IMG/VR virus record: IMGVR_UViG_3300047453_000251
Coordinates: 1-29,433 of that record
DNA: 29,433 nt
Source: a virus
Lineage: Duplodnaviria > Caudoviricetes
Direction: 5' to 3' (one strand)
Under the pieces are notes generated by a model. The model was not told where the DNA came from. It made no database searches and saw nothing but the letters and a program-made list of their open reading frames with translations. The translations under genes and the position numbers were made by a program. Positions 1-7,774 of the stretch are shown in pieces (position 1 is the first letter of the stretch; each line of letters begins with the position of its first letter).

Positions 1-147
1 GCTATATGCTTCATTAACTTGCTTAAACTTTTCATCACTACCACCTGTACGATCAGGATGGTGTTGCATACTTAATTTTTTGTATGCTTGTTTAAGTTCT
101 TTATCTGAAGCGTTTCGATTAACACCCAGTACATTGTAATAGTCCAT
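1..147 (-). CDS. J-domain (DnaJ-family) co-chaperone, 3' end outside the window
   Basis: Read by hand, not in ORF track: [49 protein letters not shown]; DYY-x-LG start, HPD motif, F-x-x-x-NEAY. Confidence 0.92.
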   Translation of the reverse strand, partial: MDYYNVLGVNRNASDKELKQAYKKLSMQHHPDRTGGSDEKFKQVNEAYS

Positions 148-167
148 ACTATTACTTATTGTATAGG

Positions 168-557
168 TTACTTAGATTTGTCAGTTCCGGTGTAAAGACC
201 AAACCATGCCGCGCCAGCACCTACAACAATACTAATTAAACCTGATTGTTCTAATGTAGGATTTGGTAAATTCATATACCAAATAACACACTTATATAAT
301 AATACAATATAAACAGTTAAAAACAATCTTGGAAAAATTCTCCAAGCATCTATTGCTCTTGCTAAATGTATTACACGTTGGTACGGGTTTGGACCCATAT
401 CTTTTACACTTGTATCTACTTCTAAGTCTAGTTTAACTTTGCGTGTTGTACTATCTTGTGTAGCAACTACTACTGCATCTGGCTTTGTTTCTGCTACTGG
501 AGCAGGAGCAGGTGCCGCCGCTGGTTTATTTAAATCTTCTGGCTTTTTTCTTGGCAT
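168..557 (-). CDS. Membrane protein with two C-terminal TM segments; holin candidate
   Basis: Hydrophobic stretches [17 protein letters not shown] and [17 protein letters not shown], Pro/Ala-rich N-terminus; about 1.4 kb downstream of the spanin genes; holin role is inference. Confidence 0.55.
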   Translation of the reverse strand: MPRKKPEDLNKPAAAPAPAPVAETKPDAVVVATQDSTTRKVKLDLEVDTSVKDMGPNPYQRVIHLARAIDAWRIFPRLFLTVYIVLLYKCVIWYMNLPNPTLEQSGLISIVVGAGAAWFGLYTGTDKSK

Positions 558-838
558 TATCTTTTCCCCTCAAGATGTTTGATACGCTTTTCAAGCTCAT
601 CTATTTTAGATGTTATTTTAGGATATTTTACACGCCAAGCATCTGGATCATTTTGTAACCATGTCCAACCCCAACGTATTGCTAGGTATTCTAGTGTGGC
701 ATCAAACTTACGAACTGCCCATGTTGCCATTCTTGTATCTTTGAACCAGAATAAAAATCCTGCACCAAATACTGATCCAGCTAATGCTGTATAAATCCAT
801 AAGCGATTGCTCGCCATTTGTTCAATCATTTCCCACAT
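557..838 (-). CDS. Hypothetical single-pass membrane protein with C-terminal coiled coil
   Basis: TM LWIYTALAGSVFGAGFLFWF, tail KIDELEKRIKHLEG; GAGG RBS; TATAAATA upstream. Confidence 0.75.
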   Translation of the reverse strand: MWEMIEQMASNRLWIYTALAGSVFGAGFLFWFKDTRMATWAVRKFDATLEYLAIRWGWTWLQNDPDAWRVKYPKITSKIDELEKRIKHLEGKR

Positions 839-865
839 AGTAACCCTCTGTTAATTAACTATGTG

Positions 866-873
866 TATTTATA
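866..873 (-). promoter_or_regulatory. T4-type late promoter TATAAATA
   Basis: Exact T4 gp55 consensus about 28 nt upstream of the start at 838. Confidence 0.65.
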
Positions 874-1030
874 TTATAATTGACGCTAATAGTAGCAAAG
901 ATGCTATAGTACCTAGGAACACAAGCATTACACCTGCGGCAAATACTATAATAGTTAGTGGAGTAACTTTTACGTCTTCTATACTACCAACGCCAATTAC
1001 GGTCTTGAGTATAGCTTTAAAAAATGCCAT
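869..1030 (-). CDS. Small membrane protein (53 aa), DUF2970-like
   Basis: Read by hand: MAFFKAILKTVIGVGSIEDVKVTPLTIIVFAAGVMLVFLGTIASLLLLASIII; overlaps the upstream ORF; family resemblance judged by eye. Confidence 0.6.
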   Translation of the reverse strand: MAFFKAILKTVIGVGSIEDVKVTPLTIIVFAAGVMLVFLGTIASLLLLASIII

Positions 1031-1184
1031 TGTTTACGGCCATTACACCAAACATTAGGCCCATGGCCATAAGTTGTATAATAGTTGGTATGACTACAAA
1101 CATTACTAATGGATCAAAGTCCATTTTCATCCAGTAGTCAGTTTCGTGCCATTCTTTTACTTCTTGGGGTGTTGCGTCTCTCAT
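1017..1184 (-). CDS. Small membrane protein (55 aa)
   Basis: MRDATPQEVKEWHETDYWMKMDFDPLVMFVVIPTIIQLMAMGLMFGVMAVNNGIF; start moved to 1184 because of TAATG coupling with the upstream ORF. Confidence 0.7.
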   Translation of the reverse strand: MRDATPQEVKEWHETDYWMKMDFDPLVMFVVIPTIIQLMAMGLMFGVMAVNNGIF

Positions 1185-1318
1185 TAGTATCTCGTTGATG
1201 CAACCATTATAAAAAATGGTAAAGCAATCGGAAATGAAACTAATAACAAGCCTTCTACAATGTTGCAGAATTTGCAAACCCGCTCGTCTTGTTTTAATTT
1301 TAAAATCATCTGTGTCAT
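1184..1318 (-). CDS. Small membrane protein (44 aa) with CxxC
   Basis: Read by hand: MTQMILKLKQDERVCKFCNIVEGLLLVSFPIALPFFIMVASTRY; GAG-type RBS; stop overlaps next start. Confidence 0.65.
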   Translation of the reverse strand: MTQMILKLKQDERVCKFCNIVEGLLLVSFPIALPFFIMVASTRY

Positions 1319-1328
1319 GTGTTTTCTC

Positions 1329-1439
1329 TTAATGTGTGTATGTGTTTACTCCCAACAAAGACAATACAAAGATCGCCACGAGTGCGCCCATTTCGAGTTT
1401 ATCTCGAATCGAATCTATGTCAATTCTTGGAGGTTTCAT
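1329..1439 (-). CDS. Small membrane peptide (36 aa)
   Basis: Read by hand: MKPPRIDIDSIRDKLEMGALVAIFVLSLLGVNTYTH; directly downstream of a sigma70-like promoter; no clear RBS. Confidence 0.5.
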   Translation of the reverse strand: MKPPRIDIDSIRDKLEMGALVAIFVLSLLGVNTYTH

Positions 1440-1451
1440 TCAAGTTTTATA

Positions 1452-1480
1452 ATAATAACTTATAAACCTTTATAAGTCAA
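1452..1480 (-). promoter_or_regulatory. Sigma70-like promoter TTGACT-N17-TATTAT containing a palindromic operator-like site
   Basis: -35 at 1480-1475, -10 at 1457-1452; perfect 9-bp inverted repeat ACTTATAAA-N2-TTTATAAGT at 1458-1477. Confidence 0.6.
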
Positions 1481-1483
1481 CCA

Positions 1484-1491
1484 TATTTATC
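1484..1491 (-). promoter_or_regulatory. Late-promoter-like GATAAATA
   Basis: Same motif as at other intergenic sites in this window. Confidence 0.5.
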
Positions 1492-1500
1492 TAAATGAAT

Positions 1501-1524
1501 AAAAAAGGTGTTACTTTCGGTAAC
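1501..1524 (-). terminator. Possible weak intrinsic terminator
   Basis: Minus strand GTTAC-CGAAA-GTAAC followed by ACC and T6; short stem. Confidence 0.3.
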
Positions 1525-1612
1525 GGGGATAATTTTTTTGAAATTTATTTGCTTTGCGTTGGAACGATCGTTCTAACAGACGGCCTAGTAGTTCACTAAG
1601 CCATTCTATCAT
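1511..1612 (-). CDS. Small basic peptide (33 aa)
   Basis: Read by hand: MIEWLSELLGRLLERSFQRKANKFQKNYPRYRK; ATGA overlap with the upstream ORF. Confidence 0.5.
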   Translation of the reverse strand: MIEWLSELLGRLLERSFQRKANKFQKNYPRYRK

Positions 1613-1800
1613 ACTATGTGATCCTGACGTGATTGTTTTGCTGTACGTACTTCGCCACTCAGTGGACTTGTAAAAGGAACTTCAGCAAGTCCTTTAGTTC
1701 CTTCTTTACCAAATAGTAAATCGTAGATGAACCAGGTTATGCCAGATAAAAAAAGTGCGGCAATTAATGCGGCTGAAATAATAATAACGTAGTTTAGCAT
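1609..1800 (-). CDS. Hypothetical protein with N-terminal TM helix
   Basis: YVIIISAALIAALFLSGITWFIY; TAATG coupling. Confidence 0.7.
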   Translation of the reverse strand: MLNYVIIISAALIAALFLSGITWFIYDLLFGKEGTKGLAEVPFTSPLSGEVRTAKQSRQDHIV

Positions 1801-1982
1801 TATAAGCCTCTACGTGTTAATTCTTTCTTTACTTTAACTTTGTGCTTGGGACGTGAGTTATGATTTTCTAAAAATTCTTGTAACTCAGCTGTTGGTGTAC
1901 TTTTAATATAAAAGTGTGTTGTAATGTATTTGCCAGAGTTTTTATCTCTTACCTTCTGGCTAGGCCTAAATTTAATTGGCAT
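1800..1982 (-). CDS. Small basic hypothetical protein (60 aa)
   Basis: Start reassigned to MPIKFRPS at 1982, behind AGGAAAGGA. Confidence 0.7.
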   Translation of the reverse strand: MPIKFRPSQKVRDKNSGKYITTHFYIKSTPTAELQEFLENHNSRPKHKVKVKKELTRRGL

Positions 1983-2364
1983 TTTCCTTTCCTGTTTCTT
2001 CTTTTGGTTCATAATATTCACGATACTGTTCAAGTGTTAAACCTTGTTGTATCATGTAAGCACGTATCTGTGCAAAGTTCTTAGATAACAACTCATAGTC
2101 ATCATCACTTAAACCAAACAGTACAGGGTCTTTGCCTTGCTCTTGCATTTTAGCAAATACTTCTTGTGCGTTTTCGCTAGTAATGATAGTCCATCTAAGT
2201 TCTTCTAGTTTAGGTGTGTCAGGATTGGGTAGATTTAAAGGTGCTCTTTCTACTTCAGTAGCAAACACATCTAACTTTTGTACCGTACTACAACTAGTAA
2301 GGAACGTAGTTAGGGTTAGCAATGCTAGGACACTCAGAATTGATCTGTGATTTCTTAGTTGCAT
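1972..2364 (-). CDS. o-spanin (Rz1-like outer-membrane lipoprotein)
   Basis: Signal peptide with lipobox LTSC, Pro-rich segment APLNLPNPDTP, overlaps the 3' end of the i-spanin. Confidence 0.8.
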   Translation of the reverse strand: MQLRNHRSILSVLALLTLTTFLTSCSTVQKLDVFATEVERAPLNLPNPDTPKLEELRWTIITSENAQEVFAKMQEQGKDPVLFGLSDDDYELLSKNFAQIRAYMIQQGLTLEQYREYYEPKEETGKENAN

Positions 2365-2779
2365 TAATCTCTTTCTCCGTTAGCGGCGCACCCATTGCAA
2401 TTTCTACACATCTCATTGCTTTTTTGGTAGCACCATTAATAACACGTTCAACTGAGCTACTACGCTCAACAGCAAGTTTACCTATATCACGTACTTTACC
2501 TGCACCGTTGATTTTATTAAAGCGTTCATCTAGTGCTTTAAACTCGTTTGATAAAACTTTGTTTTGTGCTTGTAGTTTTTCGTTAGCGGCTAGTATTGAT
2601 TTAAAATCATTAGCCTGCTGTGCAATTACAGCCTTCTGTCCATCAATGGACGCTTCTAGTAATATATTATTTGCTTTAGCTGTTTCTAAGTCTGCTTTAA
2701 CATTTTTGTAATGTAGAAAGCCGCCGCCTGCTGTAGCAAGGGCAACGACTATCATAGCAATTTTAATTGAACTAAACAT
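2294..2779 (-). CDS. i-spanin (Rz-like)
   Basis: N-terminal TM, long coiled coil, two C-terminal Cys; immediately follows the endolysin. Confidence 0.8.
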   Translation of the reverse strand: MFSSIKIAMIVVALATAGGGFLHYKNVKADLETAKANNILLEASIDGQKAVIAQQANDFKSILAANEKLQAQNKVLSNEFKALDERFNKINGAGKVRDIGKLAVERSSSVERVINGATKKAMRCVEIAMGAPLTEKEINATKKSQINSECPSIANPNYVPY

Positions 2780-2787
2780 AATTGTAA

Positions 2788-3654
2788 TTAGCCTAGTAAC
2801 TCTCCGAGTGTAGCAGGTCCGGCTATTCCGTCTGCTGTTAAGCCTTTACTTGCTTGCCACTCTTTTAATTTGCGTTCTGTACCTGGACCAAAAATTCCAT
2901 CTGCGCCAATGCCTAATGCTTCTTGCATCATTTGTACACCTTCGCCTCTGCAACCTTTGCGTAGTACTCCAATATCATCGATATCAAAATCATCATCACC
3001 TGCATCGTCTGCAAGTGTTACTGGGCTACCAAATACTTCCATTGCTTTTGTATAACGCTTCTGACGTGACTCAAGTCCGATGTTACCACCGTTAATTTTC
3101 TTAGTCATTTTTACAACGTCATCTGTGTCTGCAATAGAATTTAAATTATTTGCGTCCCAGAACCAACATGCTGATTCAACAGCACCCTTTTCAGTAGCAA
3201 CATATTCAGCCGCTTGTTCTGCTGTCATGTCTACTGTTGCGCCAAAACGTGTATAGTTTTCACGTCCTGTTAATTGCTTTAGTCCACGTCCTCTAAATAA
3301 CCAACCGTCACCTTCGTTAACGTTGCCCATTTTATATTTACGAAACTCGTCTTGATAAACATAGTTAGCAATCATCTCTGGGTTACGTGCATATTCTGCC
3401 GCATTACGTTTTGGTGCTGGACCAAAGTATCTGCCAAAGACTGCGTTAAGTGCTTTTTCACTATAGTTTAAATTTTCTTGTAAACTACGGAAGTTGTTAG
3501 ATTCATGTGCGCACTGACTAATAAAGTGTGCGGCACGTCTTACTGTGTTAATACCATACTTAGGCATAATTGCTACAAGAGCTTCATGCCATCCGTCAAC
3601 GTTATCGTTCCCTGGAATTAATTGTGCCAGGTGTTCTTTTTGTAGTTCAAACAT
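2788..3654 (-). CDS. Endolysin: GH19 (chitinase/lysozyme-like) domain plus C-terminal peptidoglycan-binding domain
   Basis: HFISQCAHES, ENLNYS, FRGRGLKQLTGRENY, TKKINGG; PG_binding_1 motifs ADGIFGPGT and ADGIAGPAT. Confidence 0.92.
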   Translation of the reverse strand: MFELQKEHLAQLIPGNDNVDGWHEALVAIMPKYGINTVRRAAHFISQCAHESNNFRSLQENLNYSEKALNAVFGRYFGPAPKRNAAEYARNPEMIANYVYQDEFRKYKMGNVNEGDGWLFRGRGLKQLTGRENYTRFGATVDMTAEQAAEYVATEKGAVESACWFWDANNLNSIADTDDVVKMTKKINGGNIGLESRQKRYTKAMEVFGSPVTLADDAGDDDFDIDDIGVLRKGCRGEGVQMMQEALGIGADGIFGPGTERKLKEWQASKGLTADGIAGPATLGELLG

Positions 3655-3655
3655 T

Positions 3656-4372
3656 TTAGATCCTTTTTAAAACGAGACCCTTATCTTTATTCTCAAAGAC
3701 AAGTTTGTCTCCATACTTACTTATGTTGTAGTCACCAATATACTTGGTCAAAAAGAGTATTTCAGGATAGCTCTCCATTATGTCGAATTTGCCATCAATG
3801 TTATCTTTTATATTTACTACATCACCGAAATCAATAAATTCAAAGAATAACGGATCTGAATATTTCTTTGATATACTTAACTTAGTTTCTTTAAGTTCTA
3901 CTTCGTCTAAAAAGCTCTTATTAAAGAACTCTTTATAATTACTCATTCTTGCTTCTTCAACTTTAATACCATAGTTGTCTGGGTCATTTGGTATAAGTTC
4001 TTCTAATGCTTCTTGTGTTACATCATTTGAACGCCAGTTTTTATAGTATCTAAATTTAAAGTCGTCCATTTCAGCAAGACTCTTAACACCATCTATTAGT
4101 TCCATGATGTTATTGTGTACTTCTTTATCTCTAGCAAGTTCAACAAACACTTTATATGTGCCGTCACGTTGTTCGCCTGATGTTGCATCTGCGTCTAGTA
4201 TAAATCCGTAACCTCTTTCTAAGAAAGCCATTAAGTCATCTGCCGCGGCTTTTTCTTTAAGACTAAAGCTCATTGTTACAATGTCTTTATCTTCACCCAT
4301 TTTGCTTGCAAAAGAGTCAACTTCAAATGTATGATCTAATGTGTCTTTAAGATCGCCTGCTTTTAATCCCAT
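3656..4372 (-). CDS. Hypothetical phage protein (238 aa)
   Basis: Long ORF coupled to its neighbours; no function recognised. Confidence 0.8.
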   Translation of the reverse strand: MGLKAGDLKDTLDHTFEVDSFASKMGEDKDIVTMSFSLKEKAAADDLMAFLERGYGFILDADATSGEQRDGTYKVFVELARDKEVHNNIMELIDGVKSLAEMDDFKFRYYKNWRSNDVTQEALEELIPNDPDNYGIKVEEARMSNYKEFFNKSFLDEVELKETKLSISKKYSDPLFFEFIDFGDVVNIKDNIDGKFDIMESYPEILFLTKYIGDYNISKYGDKLVFENKDKGLVLKRI

Positions 4373-4905
4373 TATACTGTCGCCTCTACTTCAGGTGCTG
4401 GAGCCGCCGCTACTGCCGCGTCTGCTGGTTGTTCTTCTGCTTGTGCTTGTGGTGCCGCATCGTTAGCAGGTTGTTCTGCATATGATTCTGTATCCATTTG
4501 TCCTACTATATCTATAATAAGTTTCTTAGGCATTTGAATCTCTACTATCCAAATTGGTTTACGATCAAGTTTACCTTTTTTACTACCAGGACGTATATCA
4601 TCAGGGTTAGTAATTTTTCTAGGAACTAGTATTGTATCTTTCTTAAAGCGTACTTTACAATCATAATCTAGTAAACGCTTGCCTCCCATAGGATCAGGCA
4701 TATTTTCCTTTTCCCACATAAAGCCACAGGTTACCCAATGTCTATCAATTTGTGGACCCATAGCAAGTTCGCCATCTTCCCAGTTCTTATAAACGTAAAG
4801 ATCAAGTTCGTCTAGGACTTTTTCAAAGTCTTTTAATACATTAAATGCTGTATTGCTATCATAGATAGATTCAACATTTTTAATAATATTCATTATATCT
4901 TGCAT
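4372..4905 (-). CDS. Hypothetical phage protein (177 aa) with Ala/Pro/Glu-rich tail
   Basis: Long ORF downstream of a GATAAATA motif; no function recognised. Confidence 0.8.
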   Translation of the reverse strand: MQDIMNIIKNVESIYDSNTAFNVLKDFEKVLDELDLYVYKNWEDGELAMGPQIDRHWVTCGFMWEKENMPDPMGGKRLLDYDCKVRFKKDTILVPRKITNPDDIRPGSKKGKLDRKPIWIVEIQMPKKLIIDIVGQMDTESYAEQPANDAAPQAQAEEQPADAAVAAAPAPEVEATV

Positions 4906-4933
4906 GAGTTTGCTTCCAATATTCTTATATACT

Positions 4934-4941
4934 TATTTATC
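4934..4941 (-). promoter_or_regulatory. Late-promoter-like GATAAATA heading the lysis transcript
   Basis: About 29 nt upstream of the start at 4905. Confidence 0.6.
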
Positions 4942-4984
4942 CGCATAAGTTAGTTAACATATATTTTTATAATGAGTCTACGGA

Positions 4985-4992
4985 GGTAAATA
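4985..4992 (+). promoter_or_regulatory. Possible late-promoter variant GGTAAATA for phoH
   Basis: TAAATA core in the divergent intergenic region. Confidence 0.4.
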
Positions 4993-5060
4993 CTTTTGTA
5001 GGAGATATAGCCTACGGGTAAACATTTCCTGCTCCAGTTATCCATATAGGAGGACAATTA

Positions 5061-5786
5061 ATGGGTGCAAAGAGAAAAGCTCGTGATAAACGGGTCGCAA
5101 ACGGTAACAGCAATGTTATCGAATTCAATACTTTTAACAAGAAAACATCAGTACAACTTATTCCAAGAAATAAACATCAAGAAACATATATCCTAAAATT
5201 GCTAGATACGACCAAATCAATAGTTTTTGCTATTGGTCCTGCTGGCACGGGTAAAACTATGTTAGCAGTCCAAACGGCTGTGAAGAAGTTTAAAGAAGGT
5301 AATATTGATAAGATCATTGTAACAAGACCAGCAGTATCGGTCGACGAAGATCTGGGGTTTTTACCAGGTACGCTAGAACAAAAAATGGCGCCTTGGACAA
5401 GACCTATATTTGATGTGTTAAGAGAATATTTTGATGCAAAACAAATTGAAGGCATGATTGAAGAAGGCATAATTGAGATTGCTCCACTAGCATTTATGCG
5501 TGGTAGAACTTTCAAAGACGCATATATTATTGCAGATGAAATGCAAAACGCAACCCCTAACCAGATGAAAATGTTATTAACAAGGCTAGGAGATAACTCA
5601 GAGATGGTCGTTACTGGTGACTTAGCTCAAGCAGATCGTAAAGTAGATAACGGTTTGATTGACTTTATTCACCAATTTGAATCACACGGTCAAAACAAGC
5701 ACCTGGACGTAGTCCGTTTCGAACAAGGAGACATTGAAAGGCATGAGGCTGTAAAAGAAGTTTTATCGGTCTATGGCGACGAATAG
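5061..5786 (+). CDS. phoH: PhoH-family ATPase
   Basis: GPAGTGKT, TRPAV, LGFLPG, APLAFMRGRTF, DEMQN, TRLG, GDLAQAD, RH; AGGAGG RBS. Confidence 0.97.
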   Translation: MGAKRKARDKRVANGNSNVIEFNTFNKKTSVQLIPRNKHQETYILKLLDTTKSIVFAIGPAGTGKTMLAVQTAVKKFKEGNIDKIIVTRPAVSVDEDLGFLPGTLEQKMAPWTRPIFDVLREYFDAKQIEGMIEEGIIEIAPLAFMRGRTFKDAYIIADEMQNATPNQMKMLLTRLGDNSEMVVTGDLAQADRKVDNGLIDFIHQFESHGQNKHLDVVRFEQGDIERHEAVKEVLSVYGDE

Positions 5787-5793
5787 AATTTTA

Positions 5794-5813
5794 GGGGAGG
5801 CTTAGGCTTCCCC
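5794..5813. terminator. GC-rich hairpin at the convergent phoH/sufE junction
   Basis: GGGGAGGC-TTAG-GCTTCCCC, 8-bp stem with one G-U on the + strand; no strong U-tract. Confidence 0.5.
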
Positions 5814-6191
5814 GGTTTCCAAGACTTTCATTGTATTAATTAAGTTATTAACACCATTCTGTCTACCCATACTTAGCAACGGTGCTAAACCTATATCGGT
5901 AAGTGTGTTTATACTGAACGACTGACGTTGTGTGTTAGTTGCTTGATTGTACCAATCACAAATCATACCTGCTAGTCCTTTTACAATAGCACTATCTGCT
6001 TGACATGTAAATTGACTGTTAGAATACTTAACCCATAAAGAACTTGTACAACCTTTTATAAGATCGTTACTATTCCTTTCGAATTCTTGTACGCTAGATG
6101 CAGTAGTTCCGTATTCCATAATGAACTCGTACTTGTCCATTGCTTCCTCTAGTTCAAAGAGGTCTTCATACAAATTTTGAAATTCGAGCAT
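5802..6191 (-). CDS. sufE: SufE-family sulfur acceptor
   Basis: IKGCTSSLW (catalytic Cys), DSAIVKGLA, GLAPLLSMGRQNG; follows sufS. Confidence 0.9.
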   Translation of the reverse strand: MLEFQNLYEDLFELEEAMDKYEFIMEYGTTASSVQEFERNSNDLIKGCTSSLWVKYSNSQFTCQADSAIVKGLAGMICDWYNQATNTQRQSFSINTLTDIGLAPLLSMGRQNGVNNLINTMKVLETGEA

Positions 6192-7329
6192 CGGCTTCCT
6201 TAATTGCTGTAAACGCTAGTTCTAATTCTTCTTTGGTAGTATAAGCACCCCAACTAACTCTTAATAGCCCTTTGTTGACGCTTATATTGCGTACTAGAGG
6301 CTCTGCACAGAGGTTCCCTCCACGTATCATAATATTTTTAGCATCAAGAAGCATTGTAAAATCTTCTATAGTACCGTGTTGTGGCACCATAGTTATAAGT
6401 CCTGTTTGGCTTGCGTAAGGATTGTTTTCGCACAAGTCATTAGCAACTACTGCTAGTGCTTTATCATGTGCAAGTATATCACTTTGATTTCTAATAAGCC
6501 AATTTAATAAGTTTGGCAAAGTGAATATTGCTTGTAAGTTCGGTGTACCGCTTTCAAATTTTTGTGCGTTAGTTAGATATGTTTCATGTAGATAACTTAC
6601 TGCTGATACACTGCCACCGCCTGGATGTACTGGTGCTTTTTCTAACCACTTAGGATCAATCATTAAACAACCAAGTCCTGATGGTCCGTATACTTTATGC
6701 CAACTCCATGCTACAAAATCAAAACCTTCGTAGTTATGATGTATTTTCCCCATGCTTTGACATGCGTCTACTATTGTAATTGCATTATATTGTCCTGCAA
6801 TGAATCTTATTCGTTCTAAATCATTGATAGTACCGGTAACATTACCAACGGCAGTTACAGCAATTATCTTAACTTCAGACTGGTCTTCACGTAGAGTTGC
6901 TTCTAAATCAGACAAATCTAACACACCAGACTCAGTTAGTTTTATATAATGACAATGATTGTAGCCTGTTGAGTGAAAGGGTAATGTAAGACTGTGATGA
7001 AAGTCACCGCCAACAAATACACTAAAGTCATCTTGTCTCCGTGTTGCTAATTGTATTGCGTCATACAATCCTTGTGTTGCACCACTGTTAAAAACAATTC
7101 TATCTTGTGGATCAGTAATACCAAGCCACTCGCCTATTTTTTCTTTTGCTGTATGATACTTCTCGTCTATAAATGCACCCATGCTATGCCCACTACGGTG
7201 TGCATTTGCTTTATATGTTAGAAACGTTCCTGTGTCAGTAATTACAGTGTCAAGTGTTTGACTTGTAGCGGCACTGTCCAGATACGTTAGGTCAGGGTGT
7301 TCTTTAAAAAACGGAAATCTATTTCTCAT
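6166..7329 (-). CDS. sufS: SufS-type (group II) cysteine desulfurase, divergent
   Basis: YLDSAATSQ, ANAHRSGH, DACQ, SWHKVYGPSGLG (PLP Lys), FESGTP, RGGNLCAEP (catalytic Cys). Confidence 0.9.
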   Translation of the reverse strand: MRNRFPFFKEHPDLTYLDSAATSQTLDTVITDTGTFLTYKANAHRSGHSMGAFIDEKYHTAKEKIGEWLGITDPQDRIVFNSGATQGLYDAIQLATRRQDDFSVFVGGDFHHSLTLPFHSTGYNHCHYIKLTESGVLDLSDLEATLREDQSEVKIIAVTAVGNVTGTINDLERIRFIAGQYNAITIVDACQSMGKIHHNYEGFDFVAWSWHKVYGPSGLGCLMIDPKWLEKAPVHPGGGSVSAVSYLHETYLTNAQKFESGTPNLQAIFTLPNLLNWLIRNQSDILAHDKALAVVANDLCENNPYASQTGLITMVPQHGTIEDFTMLLDAKNIMIRGGNLCAEPLVRNISVNKGLLRVSWGAYTTKEELELAFTAIKEADARISKFV

Positions 7330-7774
7330 ACAAACTTTCCTTAAGAATATCTTTATAGTTTGTTATGCCTTTACTATGCAAATAGTATCTATCTTCTTGG
7401 CTAAGTGTACCAAGTGCATTACCATGTGCGGCTTTAATGTCGTTATTTAAAACAAACATTTCAGGTCGTGCCTGGATTCTGCTTTTATCAAAAGGCCAAC
7501 TTCTAATTTGCATATCAGTATCTACACCACTTGCGTCTTTAGCAACATAGCAACTAAGAATACAATCAACACTAGCATTGTTTTCAGCATATATTCTTAC
7601 ATTTATCTTACTTAATGAATCTTTCTCAGGATGTACATTAATACTAACAGGACAATGTCCATGTTCTTGTATAACAGTAATATTATATTCTTCGTGATTT
7701 TCTACATCTTGCGGATGTAAATTTAACGATATACCGTTTTCGTTTGTGTATATTTTATTATAAGGTTTGGCCAT
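7319..7774 (-). CDS. sufD: Miniature SufD-like protein (C-terminal part only, 151 aa)
   Basis: ARPEMFVLNNDIKAAHGNALG and YYLHSKGI match the SufD motifs P-x-LEI-x-x-DDVKCSHGATVG and YL-x-SRGI; located between sufC and sufS. Confidence 0.78.
   Translation of the reverse strand: MAKPYNKIYTNENGISLNLHPQDVENHEEYNITVIQEHGHCPVSINVHPEKDSLSKINVRIYAENNASVDCILSCYVAKDASGVDTDMQIRSWPFDKSRIQARPEMFVLNNDIKAAHGNALGTLSQEDRYYLHSKGITNYKDILKESLYEK

Noticed and set aside
1-147. J-domain protein as an HscB-like Fe-S co-chaperone linked to the SUF cassette
   Set aside because: Sequence is a classical DnaJ/CbpA-type J-domain, it lies far from suf in another transcript, HscB belongs to the ISC pathway, and the C-terminus is not visible
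1017-1277. 86-aa version of this ORF
   Set aside because: The extension overlaps a better 44-aa ORF; TAATG coupling supports the start at 1184
4998-5032. HDV-like/theta ribozyme in the phoH leader
   Set aside because: Only 8 nt lie between the candidate P1 strands, too few for P2/P3, and no adjacent tRNA
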